64,000 nucleotides of DNA, taken from NCBI GenBank assembly GCA_043228905.1, contig JBHGNT010000010.1, positions 1 to 64,000 on the forward strand, read 5' to 3'. Position numbers and translations under genes: made by a program. Positions 41,500 through 54,670 of this stretch are shown piece after piece (the first letter of the stretch is position 1; each line of letters begins with the position of its first letter). Origin of the DNA: Azolla caroliniana. Its lineage: Eukaryota; Plantae; Polypodiophyta. The notes below the pieces were generated by a model, which did no database searches, was not told the DNA's origin, and saw nothing but the letters and a program-made list of their open reading frames with translations.

Positions 41500-44400
41500 C
41501 ATGTTTGAACACAAAAATCCGATATCACACGAGCCAGGTATGAACATTTTAATTTACCTACTAGCTCTTCTCAATTCCCTCCTCAAATTTGAAAATTTCG
41601 TCATATCTCTCGACCTGAGTTTTTAAAATCTTGATTTTTTAATTCCATATCATAGCTAGCGTTGTTAGCTTCGATTCGCATGTTTGAACACAAAAATCCG
41701 ATATCACACGAGCCAGGTATGAACAGTTTAATTTACTCAAGGGCTCCTCCCAACTCCCTCCTCAAGTTTGCTATTTTCGTCATGTCTCTCGACCTGAGTT
41801 TCAAAATCTTGATTTTTTAATTCCATATCATAGCTAGCGTTGTTAGCTTCGATACGCATGTTTGAACACAAAAATCCGATATCACACGAGCCAGGTATGA
41901 ACATTTTAATTTACCTACTAGCTCTTGTCAACTCACTCCTCGAATTTGGTAATTTCGTCATATCTCTCGACCTGAGTTTCAAAATCTTGATTTTTTAATT
42001 CCATATCATAGCTAGCGTTGTTAGCTTCGATTCGCATTTTGAACACAAAAATCCGATATCACACGAGCCAGGTATGAACATTTAAATTTACCTACTAGCT
42101 CTTCTCAACTCACTCCTCAAATTTGGTAATTTCGTCATATCTCTCGACCTGACTTTCAAAATCTTGATTTTTTAATTCCATATAATAGCTAGCGTTGTTA
42201 GCTTCGATTCGCATGTTTGAACACAAAAATCCGATACCACACGAGCCAGGTATGAACAGTTTAATTTACTCCAGGCCTCCTCTCAACTCCCTCCTAAAGT
42301 TTGCTATTTTCGTCATGATTCTCGACCTGAGTTTCAAAATCTTGATTTTTTAATTCCATATCATAGGTAGCGTTGTTAGCTTCGATTCGCATGTTTGCAC
42401 ACAAAAATCCGATATCACACGAGCCAGGTATGAACAGTTTAATTTACTCAAGGGCTCCTCCCAACTCCCTCCTCAAGTTTGCTATTTTCGTCATGTCTCT
42501 CGACCTGAGTTTCAAAATCTTGATTTTTTAATTCCATATCATAGCTAGCGTAGTTAGCTTCGATTCGCATGTTTGAACACAAAAATCCGATATCACACGA
42601 GCCAGGTATGAACATTTAAATTTACCTACTAGCTCTTCTCAACTCACTCCTAAAATTTGGTAATTTCGTCATATCTCTCGACCTGAGTTTCAAAATCTTG
42701 ATTTTTTAATTCCATATCATAGCTAGCGTTGTTAGCTTCGATTCGCATGTTTAAACACAAAACTCCGATACCACACGAGCCAGGTATGAACAGTTTAATT
42801 TACTCCAGGCCTCCTCTCAACTCCCTCCTAAAGTTTGCTATTTTCGTCATGTCTCTCGACCTGAGTTTCAAAATCTTGATTTTTTAATTCCATATCATAG
42901 GTAGCGTTGTTAGCTTCGATTCCCATGTTTGCACACAAAAATCCGATATCACACGAGCCAGGTATGAACAGTTTAATTTACTCAAGGGCTCCTCCCAACT
43001 CCCTCCTCAAGTTTACTATTTTCGTCATGTCTCTCGACCTGAGTTTCAAAATCTTGATTTTTTAATTCCATATCATAGCTAGCGTTGTTAGCTTCGATTC
43101 GCATGTTTGAACACAAAAATCCGATATCACACGAGCCAGGTATGAACATTTTAATTTACCTACTAGCTCTTGTCAACTCACTCCTCAAATTTGGTAATTT
43201 CGTCATATCTCTCGACCTGAGTTTCAAAATCTTGATTTTTTAATTCCATATCATAGCTAGCGTTGTTAGCTTCGATTCGCATTTTGAACACAAAAATCCG
43301 ATATCACACGAGCCAGGTATGAACATTTAAATTTACCTACTAGCTCTTCTCAACTCACTCCTCAAATTTGGTAATTTCGTCATATCTCTCGACCTGAGTT
43401 TCAAAATCTTGATTTTTTAATTCCATATCATAGCTAGCGTTGTTAGCTTCGATTCGCATGTTTGAACACAAGAATCCGATATCACACGAGCCAGGTATGA
43501 ACATTTTAATTTACCTACTAGCTCTTCTCAACTCACTCCTCAAATTTGGTAATTTTGTCAAATCTCTCGACCTGAGTTTCAAAATCTTGATTTTTTAATT
43601 CCATATCATAGCTAGCGTTGTTAGCTTCGATTCGCATGTTTGAACACAAGAATCCGATATCACACGAGCCAGGTATGAACATTTTAATTTACCTACTAGC
43701 TCTTCTCAACTCACTCCTCAAATTTGGTAATTTTGTCAAATCTCTCGACCTGAGTTTCAAAATCTTGATTTTTTAATTCCATATCATAGCTAGCGTTGTT
43801 AGCTTCGATTCGCATTTTGAACACAAAAATCCGATATCACACGAGCCAGGTATGAACATTTAAATTTACCTACTAGCTCTTCTCAACTCACTCCTCAAAT
43901 TTGGTAATTTCGTCATATCTCTCGACCTGAGTTTCAAAATCTTGATTTTTTAATTCCATATCATAGCTAGCGTTGTTAGCTTCGATTCGCATGTTTGAAC
44001 ACAAAAATCCGATACCACACGAGCCAGGTATGAACAGTTTAATTTACTCCAGGCCTCCTCTCAACTCCCTCCTAAAGTTTGCTATTTTCGTCATGTCTCT
44101 CGACCTGAGTTTCAAAATCTTGATTTTTTAATTCCATATCATAGGTAGCGTTGTTAGCTTCGATTCGCATGTTTGAACACAAAAATCCGATATCACACGA
44201 GCCAGGTATGAACATTTAAATTTACCTACTAGCTATTCTCAACTCACTCCTCAAATTTGGTAATTAAGTCATATCTCTCGACCTGAGTTTCAAAATCTTG
44301 ATTTTTTAATTCCATATCATAGCTAGCGTTGTTAGCTTCGATTCGCATGTTTGAACACAAAAATCCGATATCACACGAGCCAGGTATGAACATTTTAATT

Positions 44401-47191
44401 TACCTACTAGCTCTTCTCAATTCCCTCCTCAAATTTGAAAATTTCGTCATATCTCTCGACCTGAGTTTTTAAAATCTTGATTTTTTAATTCCATATCATA
44501 GCTAGCGTTGTTAGCTTCGATTCGCATGTTTGAACACAAAAATCCGATATCACACGAGCCAGGTATGAACAGTTTAATTTACTCAAGGGCTCCTCCCAAC
44601 TCCCTCCTCAAGTTTGCTATTTTCGTCATGTCTCTCGACCTGAGTTTCAAAATCTTGATTTTTTAATTCCATATCATAGCTAGCGTTGTTAGCTTCGATA
44701 CGCATGTTTGAACACAAAAATCCGATATCACACGAGCCAGGTATGAACATTTTAATTTACCTACTAGCTCTTGTCAACTCACTCCTCGAATTTGGTAATT
44801 TCGTCATATCTCTCGACCTGAGTTTCAAAATCTTGATTTTTTAATTCCATATCATAGCTAGCGTTGTTAGCTTCGATTCGCATTTTGAACACAAAAATCC
44901 GATATCACACGAGCCAGGTATGAACATTTAAATTTACCTACTAGCTCTTCTCAACTCACTCCTCAAATTTGGTAATTTCGTCATATCTCTCGACCTGACT
45001 TTCAAAATCTTGATTTTTTAATTCCATATAATAGCTAGCGTTGTTAGCTTCGATTCGCATGTTTGAACACAAAAATCCGATACCACACGAGCCAGGTATG
45101 AACAGTTTAATTTACTCCAGGCCTCCTCTCAACTCCCTCCTAAAGTTTGCTATTTTCGTCATGATTCTCGACCTGAGTTTCAAAATCTTGATTTTTTAAT
45201 TCCATATCATAGGTAGCGTTGTTAGCTTCGATTCGCATGTTTGCACACAAAAATCCGATATCACACGAGCCAGGTATGAACAGTTTAATTTACTCAAGGG
45301 CTCCTCCCAACTCCCTCCTCAAGTTTGCTATTTTCGTCATGTCTCTCGACCTGAGTTTCAAAATCTTGATTTTTTAATTCCATATCATAGCTAGCGTAGT
45401 TAGCTTCGATTCGCATGTTTGAACACAAAAATCCGATATCACACGAGCCAGGTATGAACATTTAAATTTACCTACTAGCTCTTCTCAACTCACTCCTAAA
45501 ATTTGGTAATTTCGTCATATCTCTCGACCTGAGTTTCAAAATCTTGATTTTTTAATTCCATATCATAGCTAGCGTTGTTAGCTTCGATTCGCATGTTTAA
45601 ACACAAAACTCCGATACCACACGAGCCAGGTATGAACAGTTTAATTTACTCCAGGCCTCCTCTCAACTCCCTCCTAAAGTTTGCTATTTTCGTCATGTCT
45701 CTCGACCTGAGTTTCAAAATCTTGATTTTTTAATTCCATATCATAGGTAGCGTTGTTAGCTTCGATTCCCATGTTTGCACACAAAAATCCGATATCACAC
45801 GAGCCAGGTATGAACAGTTTAATTTACTCAAGGGCTCCTCCCAACTCCCTCCTCAAGTTTACTATTTTCGTCATGTCTCTCGACCTGAGTTTCAAAATCT
45901 TGATTTTTTAATTCCATATCATAGCTAGCGTTGTTAGCTTCGATTCGCATGTTTGAACACAAAAATCCGATATCACACGAGCCAGGTATGAACATTTTAA
46001 TTTACCTACTAGCTCTTGTCAACTCACTCCTCAAATTTGGTAATTTCGTCATATCTCTCGACCTGAGTTTCAAAATCTTGATTTTTTAATTCCATATCAT
46101 AGCTAGCGTTGTTAGCTTCGATTCGCATTTTGAACACAAAAATCCGATATCACACGAGCCAGGTATGAACATTTAAATTTACCTACTAGCTCTTCTCAAC
46201 TCACTCCTCAAATTTGGTAATTTCGTCATATCTCTCGACCTGAGTTTCAAAATCTTGATTTTTTAATTCCATATCATAGCTAGCGTTGTTAGCTTCGATT
46301 CGCATGTTTGAACACAAGAATCCGATATCACACGAGCCAGGTATGAACATTTTAATTTACCTACTAGCTCTTCTCAACTCACTCCTCAAATTTGGTAATT
46401 TTGTCAAATCTCTCGACCTGAGTTTCAAAATCTTGATTTTTTAATTCCATATCATAGCTAGCGTTGTTAGCTTCGATTCGCATGTTTGAACACAAGAATC
46501 CGATATCACACGAGCCAGGTATGAACATTTTAATTTACCTACTAGCTCTTCTCAACTCACTCCTCAAATTTGGTAATTTTGTCAAATCTCTCGACCTGAG
46601 TTTCAAAATCTTGATTTTTTAATTCCATATCATAGCTAGCGTTGTTAGCTTCGATTCGCATTTTGAACACAAAAATCCGATATCACACGAGCCAGGTATG
46701 AAAATTTAAATTTACCTACTAGCTCTTCTCAACTCACTCCTCAAATTTGGTAATTTCGTCATATCTCTCGACCTGAGTTTCAAAATCTTGATTTTTTAAT
46801 TCCATATCATAGCTAGCGTTGTTAGCTTCGATTCGCATGTTTGAACACAAAAATCCGATACCACACGAGCCAGGTATGAACAGTTTAATTTACTCCAGGC
46901 CTCCTCTCAACTCCCTCCTAAAGTTTGCTATTTTCGTCATGTCTCTCGACCTGAGTTTCAAAATCTTGATTTTTTAATTCCATATCATAGGTAGCGTTGT
47001 TAGCTTCGATTCGCATGTTTGAACACAAAAATCCGATATCACACGAGCCAGGTATGAACATTTAAATTTACCTACTAGCTATTCTCAACTCACTCCTCAA
47101 ATTTGGTAATTAAGTCATATCTCTCGACCTGAGTTTCAAAATCTTGATTTTTTAATTCCATATCATAGCTAGCGTTGTTAGCTTCGATTCG
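41500..47191. repeat. Tandem duplication of a 16-monomer block (2846 bp), present once in copy 1
   Basis: TTCCCTCCTCAAATTTGAAAA occurs at 41575 and 44421. The offset to copy 1 jumps from 27722 to 30568. Confidence 0.9.
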
Positions 47192-50100
47192 CATGTTTGA
47201 ACACAAAAATCCGATATCACACGAGCCAGGTATGAACATTTAAATTTACCTACTAGCTCTTCTCAACTCCCTCCTCAAATTTGGTAATTTCGTCATATCT
47301 CTCGACCTGAGTTTTTAAAATCTTGATTTTTTAATTCCATATCATAGCTAGCGTTGTTAGCTTCGATTCGCATGTTTGAACACAAAAATCCGATATCACA
47401 CGAGCCAGGTATGAACAGTTTAATTTACTCAAGGGCTCCTCCCAACTCCCTCCTCAAGTTTGCTATTTTCGTCATGTCTCTCGACCTGAGTTTCAAAATC
47501 TTGATTTTTTAATTCCATATCATAGCTAGCGTTGTTAGCTTCGATACGCATGTTTGAACACAAAAATCCGATATCACACGAGCCAGGTATGAACATTTTA
47601 ATTTACCTACTAGCTCTTGTCAACTCACTCCTCAAATTTGGTAATTTCGTCATATCTCTCGACCTGAGTTTCAAAATCTTGATTTTTTAATTCCATATCA
47701 TAGCTAGCGTTGTTAGCTTCGATTCGCATGTTTAAACACAAAACTCCGATACCACACGAGCCAGGTATGAACAGTTTAATTTACTCCAGGCCTCCTCTCA
47801 ACTCCCTCCTAAAGTTTGCTATTTTCGTCATGTCTCTCGACCTGAGTTTCAAAATCTTGATTTTTTAATTCCATATCATAGGTAGCGTTGTTAGCTTCGA
47901 TTCCCATGTTTGCACACAAAAATCCGATATCACACGAGCCAGGTATGAACAGTTTAATTTACTCAAGGGCTCCTCCCAACTCCCTCCTCAAGTTTACTAT
48001 TTTCGTCATGTCTCTCGACCTGAGTTTCAAAATCTTGATTTTTTAATTCCATATCATAGCTAGCGTTGTTAGCTTCGATTCGCATGTTTGAACACAAAAA
48101 TCCGATATCACACGAGCCACGTATGAACATTTAAATTTACCTACTAGCTCTTGTCAACTCACTCCTCAAATTTGGTAATTTCGTCATATCTCTCGACCTG
48201 AGTTTCAAAATCTTGATTTTTTAATTCCATATCATAGCTAGCGTTGTTAGCTTCGATTCGCATTTTGAACACAAAAATCCGATATCACACGAGCCAGGTA
48301 TGAACATTTAAATTTACCTACTAGCTCTTCTCAACTCACTCCTCAAATTTGGTAATTTCGTCATATCTCTCGACCTGAGTTTCAAAATCTTGATTTTTTA
48401 ATTCCATATCATAGCTAGCGTTGTTAGCTTCGATTCGCATGTTTGAACACAAAAATCCGATACCACACGAGCCAGGTATGAACAGTTTAATTTACTCCAG
48501 GCCTCCTCTCAACTCCCTCCTAAAGTTTGCTATTTTCGTCATGTCTCTCGACCTGAGTTTCAAAATCTTGATTTTTTAATTCCATATCATAGGTAGCGTT
48601 GTTAGCTTCGATTCGCATGTTTGCACACAAAATCCCGATATCACACGAGCCAGGTATGAACAGTTTAATTTACTCAAGGGCTCCTCCCAACTCCCTCCTC
48701 AAGTTTGCTATTTTCGTCATGTCTCTCGACCTGAGTTTCAAAATCTTGATTTTTTAATTCCATATCATAGGTAGCGTTGTTAGCTTCGATTCGCATGTTT
48801 GCACACAAATTCCCGATATCACACGAGCCAGGTATGAACAGTTTAATTTACTCAAGGGCTCCTCCCAACTCCCTCCTCAAGTTTGCTATTTTCGTCATGT
48901 CTCTCGACCTGAGTTTCAAAATCTTGATTTTTTAATTCCATATCATAGCTAGCGTTGTTAGCTTCGATTCGCATGTTTGAACACAAAAATCCGATATCAC
49001 ACGAGCCAGGTATGAACATTTAAATTTACCTACTAGCTCTTCTCAACTCACTCCTCAAATTTGGTAATTTCGTCATATCTCTCGACCTGAGTTTCAAAAT
49101 CTTGATTTTTTAATTCCATATCATAGCTAGCGTTGTTAGCTTCGATTCGCATGTTTGAACACAAAAATCCGATACCACACGAGCCAGGTATGAACAGTTT
49201 AATTTACTCCAGGCCTCCTCTCAACTCCCTCCTAAAGTTTGCTATTTTCGTCATGTCTCTCGACCTGAGTTTCAAAATCTTGATTTTTTAATTCCATATC
49301 ATAGGTAGCGTTGTTAGCTTCGATTCGCATGTTTGAACACAAAAATCCGATATCACACGAGCCAGGTATGAACATTTAAATTTACCTACTAGCTATTCTC
49401 AACTCACTCCTCAAATTTGGTAATTAAGTCATATCTCTCGACCTGAGTTTCAAAATCTTGATTTTTTAATTCCATATCATAGCTAGCGTTGTTAGCTTCG
49501 ATTCGCATGTTTGAACACAAAAATCCGATATCACACGAGCCAGGTATGAACATTTAAATTTACCTACTAGCTCTTCTCAACTCCCTCCTCAAATTTGGTA
49601 ATTTCGTCATATCTCTCGACCTGAGTTTTTAAAATCTTGATTTTTTAATTCCATATCATAGCTAGCGTTGTTAGCTTCGATTCGCATGTTTGAACACAAA
49701 AATCCGATATCACACGAGCCAGGTATGAACAGTTTAATTTACTCAAGGGCTCCTCCCAACTCCCTCCTCAAGTTTGCTATTTTCGTCATGTCTCTCGACC
49801 TGAGTTTCAAAATCTTGATTTTTTAATTCCATATCATAGCTAGCGTTGTTAGCTTCGATACGCATGTTTGAACACAAAAATCCGATATCACACGAGCCAG
49901 GTATGAACATTTTAATTTACCTACTAGCTCTTGTCAACTCACTCCTCAAATTTGGTAATTTCGTCATATCTCTCGACCTGAGTTTCAAAATCTTGATTTT
50001 TTAATTCCATATCATAGCTAGCGTTGTTAGCTTCGATTCGCATTTTGAACACAAAAATCCGATATCACACGAGCCAGGTATGAACATTTAAATTTACCTA

Positions 50101-51820
50101 CTAGCTCTTCTCAACTCACTCCTCAAATTTGGTAATTTCGTCATATCTCTCGACCTGAGTTTCAAAATCTTGATTTTTTAATTCCATATCATAGCTAGCG
50201 TTGTTAGCTTCGATTCGCATGTTTGAACACAAAACTCCGATACCACACGAGCCAGGTATGAACAGTTTAATTTACTCCAGGCCTCCTCTCAACTCCCTCC
50301 TAAAGTTTGCTATTTTCGTCATGTCTCTCGACCTGAGTTTCAAAATCTTGATTTTTTAATTCCATATCATAGGTAGCGTTGTTAGCTTCGATTCGCATGT
50401 TTGCACACAAATTCCCGATATCACACGAGCCAGGTATGAACAGTTTAATTTACTCAAGGGCTCCTCCCAACTCCCTCCTCAAGTTTGCTATTTTCGTCAT
50501 GTCTCTCGACCTGAGTTTCAAAATCTTGATTTTTTAATTCCATATCATAGCTAGCGTTGTTAGCTTCGATTCGCATGTTTGAACACAAAAATCCGATATC
50601 ACACGAGCCAGGTATGAACATTTAAATTTACCTACTAGCTCTTCTCAACTCACTCCTCAAATTTGGTAATTTCGTCATATCTCTCGACCTGAGTTTCAAA
50701 ATCTTGATTTTTTAATTCCATATCATAGCTAGCGTTGTTAGCTTCGATTCGCATGTTTGAACACAAAAATCCGATACCACACGAGCCAGGTATGAACAGT
50801 TTAATTTACTCCAGGCCTCCTCTCAACTCCCTCCTAAAGTTTGCTATTTTCGTCATGTCTCTCGACCTGAGTTTCAAAATCTTGATTTTTTAATTCCATA
50901 TCATAGGTAGCGTTGTTAGCTTCGATTCGCATGTTTGCACACAAAAATCCGATATCACACGAGCCAGGTATGAACAGTTTAATTTATTCAAGGGCTCCTC
51001 CCAACTCCCTCCTCAAGTTTGCTATTTTCGTCATGTCTCTCGACCTGAGTTTCAAAATATTGATTTTTTAATTCCATATCATAGCTAGCGTTGTTAGCTT
51101 CGATTCGCATGTTTGAACACAAAAATCCGATATAACACGAGCCAGGTATGAACATTTTAATTTACCTACTAGCTCTTCTCAACTCCCTCCTCAAATTTGG
51201 TAATTTCGTCATATCTCTCGACCTGAGTTTTTAAAATCTTGATTTTTTAATTCCATATCATAGCTAGCGTTGTTAGCTTCGATTCGCATGTTTGAACACA
51301 AAAATCGGATATCACACGAGCCAAGTATGAACAGTTTAATTTACTCAAGGGCTCCTCCCAACTCCCTCCTCAAGTTTGCTATTTTCGTCATGTCTCTCGA
51401 CCTGAGTTTCAAAATCTTGATTTTTTAATTCCATATCATAGCTAGCGTTGTTAGCTTCGATACGCATGTTTGAACACAAAAATCCGATATCACACGAGCC
51501 AGGTATGAACATTTTAATTTACCTACTAGCTCTTGTCAACTCGCTCCTCAAATTTGGTAATTTCGTCATATCTCTCGACCTGAGTTTCAAAATCTTGATT
51601 TTTTAATTCCATATCATAGCTAGCGTTGTTAGCTTCGATTCGCATGTTTGAACACAAAAATCCGATATCACACGAGCCAGGTATGAACATTTAAATTTAC
51701 CTACTAGCTCTTCTCAACTCACTCCTCAAATTTGGTAATTTCGTCATATCTCTCGACCTGAGTTTCAAAATCTTGATTTTTTAATTCCATATCATAGCTA
51801 GCGTTGTTAGCTTCGATTCG

Positions 51821-54670
51821 CATGTTTGAACACAAAAATCCGATATCACACGAGCCAGGTATGAACATTTAAATTTACCTACTAGCTCTTCTCAACTCAC
51901 TCCTCAAATTTGGTAATTTCGTCATATCTCTCGACCTGACTTTCAAAATCTTGATTTTTAAATTCCATATCATAGCTAGCGTTGTTAGCTTCGATTTGCA
52001 TGTTTGAGTACAGAAATCCTATATCACACGAGCCAGGTATGAACATTTTAATTTACTCAAGGGCTCCTCTCAACTCCCTCCTCAAGTTTGCTATTTTCGT
52101 CATATCTCTCGACCTGAGTTTCAAAATCTTGATTTTTAAATTCCATATCATAGCTAGCGTTGTTAGCTTCGATTTGCATGTTTGAGTACAGAAATCCGAT
52201 ATCACACGAGCCAGGTATGAACATTTTAATTTACTCAAGGGCTCCTCTCAACTCCCTCCTCAAGTTTGCTATTTTCGTCATGTCTCTCGACCTGAGTTTC
52301 AAAATCTTGATTTTTTAATTCCATATCATAGCTAGCGTTGTTAGCTTCGATTCGCATGTTTGAACACAAGAATCCGATATCACACGAGCCAGGTATGAAC
52401 ATTTTAATTTACCTACTAGCTCTTCTCAACTCACTCCTCAAATTTGGTAATTTTGTCATATCTCTCGACCTGAGTTTCAAAATCTTGATTTTTTAATTCC
52501 ATATAATAGCTAGCGTCGTTAGCTTCGATTTGCATATTTGAACACAGAAATCCAATATCACACGAGCCAGGTATGAACATTTTAATTTACCTACTAGCTC
52601 TTCTCAACTCACTCCTCAAATTTGGTAATTTTGTCATATCTCTCGACCTGAGTTTCAAAATCTTGATTTTTTAATTCCATATAATAGCTAGCGTCGTTAG
52701 CTTCGATTTGCATATTTGAACACAGAAATCCAATATCACACGAGCCAGGTATGAACATTTTAATTTACCTACTAGCTCTTCTCAACTCACTCCTCAAATT
52801 TGGTAATTTCGTCATATCTCTCGACCTGAGTTTTTAAAATCTTGATTTTTTAATTCCATATCATAGCTAGCGTTGTTAGCTTCGATTCGCATGTTTGAAC
52901 ACAAAACTCCGATTTCACACGAATCAGGTATGAACAGTTTAATTTACTCCAGGCCTCCTCTCAACCCCCTCCTAAAGTTTGCTATTTTCGTCATGTCTCT
53001 CGACCTGAGTTTCAAAATCTTGATTTTTTAATTCCATATCATAGCTAGCGTTGTTAGCTTCGATACGCATGTTTGAACACAAAAATCCGATATCACACGA
53101 GCCAGGTATGAACATTTAAATTTACCTACTAGCTATTCTCAACTCACTCCTCAAATTTGGTAATTAAGTCATGTCTCTCGACCTGGGTTTCAAAATCTTG
53201 ATTTTTTAATACCATATCATAGCTAGCATTGTTAGCTTCGATTCGCATGTTTGAACACAAAAATCCGATATCACACGAGCCAGGTATGAACATTTAAATT
53301 TACCTACTAGCTCTTCTCAACTCACTCCTCAAATTTGGTAATTTCGTCATATCTCTCGACCTGACTTTCAAAATCTTGATTTTTAAATTCCATATCATAG
53401 CTAGCGTTGTTAGCTTCGATTTGCATGTTTGAGTACAGAAATCCTATATCACACGAGCCAGGTATGAACATTTTAATTTACTCAAGGGCTCCTCTCAACT
53501 CCCTCCTCAAGTTTGCTATTTTCGTCATATCTCTCGACCTGACTTTCAAAATCTTGATTTTTAAATTCCATATCATAGCTAGCGTTGTTAGCTTCGATTT
53601 GCATGTTTGAGTACAGAAATCCGATATCACACGAGCCAGGTATGAACATTTTAATTTACTCAAGGGCTCCTCTCAACTCCCTCCTCAAGTTTGCTATTTT
53701 CGTCATGTCTCTCGACCTGAGTTTCAAAATCTTGATTTTTTAATTCCATATCATAGCTAGCGTTGTTAGCTTCGATTCGCATGTTTGAACACAAGAATCC
53801 GATATCACACGAGCCAGGTATGAACATTTTAATTTACCTACTAGCTCTTCTCAACTCACTCCTCAAATTTGGTAATTTTGTCATATCTCTCGACCTGAGT
53901 TTCAAAATCTTGATTTTTTAATTCCATATAATAGCTAGCGTCGTTAGCTTCGATTTGCATATTTGAACACAGAAATCCAATATCACACGAGCCAGGTATG
54001 AACATTTTAATTTACCTACTAGCTCTTCTCAACTCACTCCTCAAATTTGGTAATTTTGTCATATCTCTCGACCTGAGTTTCAAAATCTTGATTTTTTAAT
54101 TCCATATAATAGCTAGCGTCGTTAGCTTCGATTTGCATATTTGAACACAGAAATCCAATATCACACGAGCCAGGTATGAACATTTTAATTTACCTACTAG
54201 CTCTTCTCAACTCACTCCTCAAATTTGGTAATTTCGTCATATCTCTCGACCTGAGTTTTTAAAATCTTGATTTTTTAATTCCATATCATAGCTAGCGTTG
54301 TTAGCTTCGATTCGCATGTTTGAACACAAAACTCCGATTTCACACGAATCAGGTATGAACAGTTTAATTTACTCCAGGCCTCCTCTCAACCCCCTCCTAA
54401 AGTTTGCTATTTTCGTCATGTCTCTCGACCTGAGTTTCAAAATCTTGATTTTTTAATTCCATATCATAGCTAGCGTTGTTAGCTTCGATACGCATGTTTG
54501 AACACAAAAATCCGATATCACACGAGCCAGGTATGAACATTTAAATTTACCTACTAGCTATTCTCAACTCACTCCTCAAATTTGGTAATTAAGTCATGTC
54601 TCTCGACCTGGGTTTCAAAATCTTGATTTTTTAATACCATATCATAGCTAGCATTGTTAGCTTCGATTCG
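51821..54670. repeat. Tandem duplication of an 8-monomer block (1425 bp), present once in copy 1
   Basis: ORFs 51982/53407 are offset by 1425. Markers AATCCTATATC, CAACCCCCTCC and GACCTGGGTT each occur twice. The offset to copy 1 jumps from 30568 to 31993. Confidence 0.9.
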
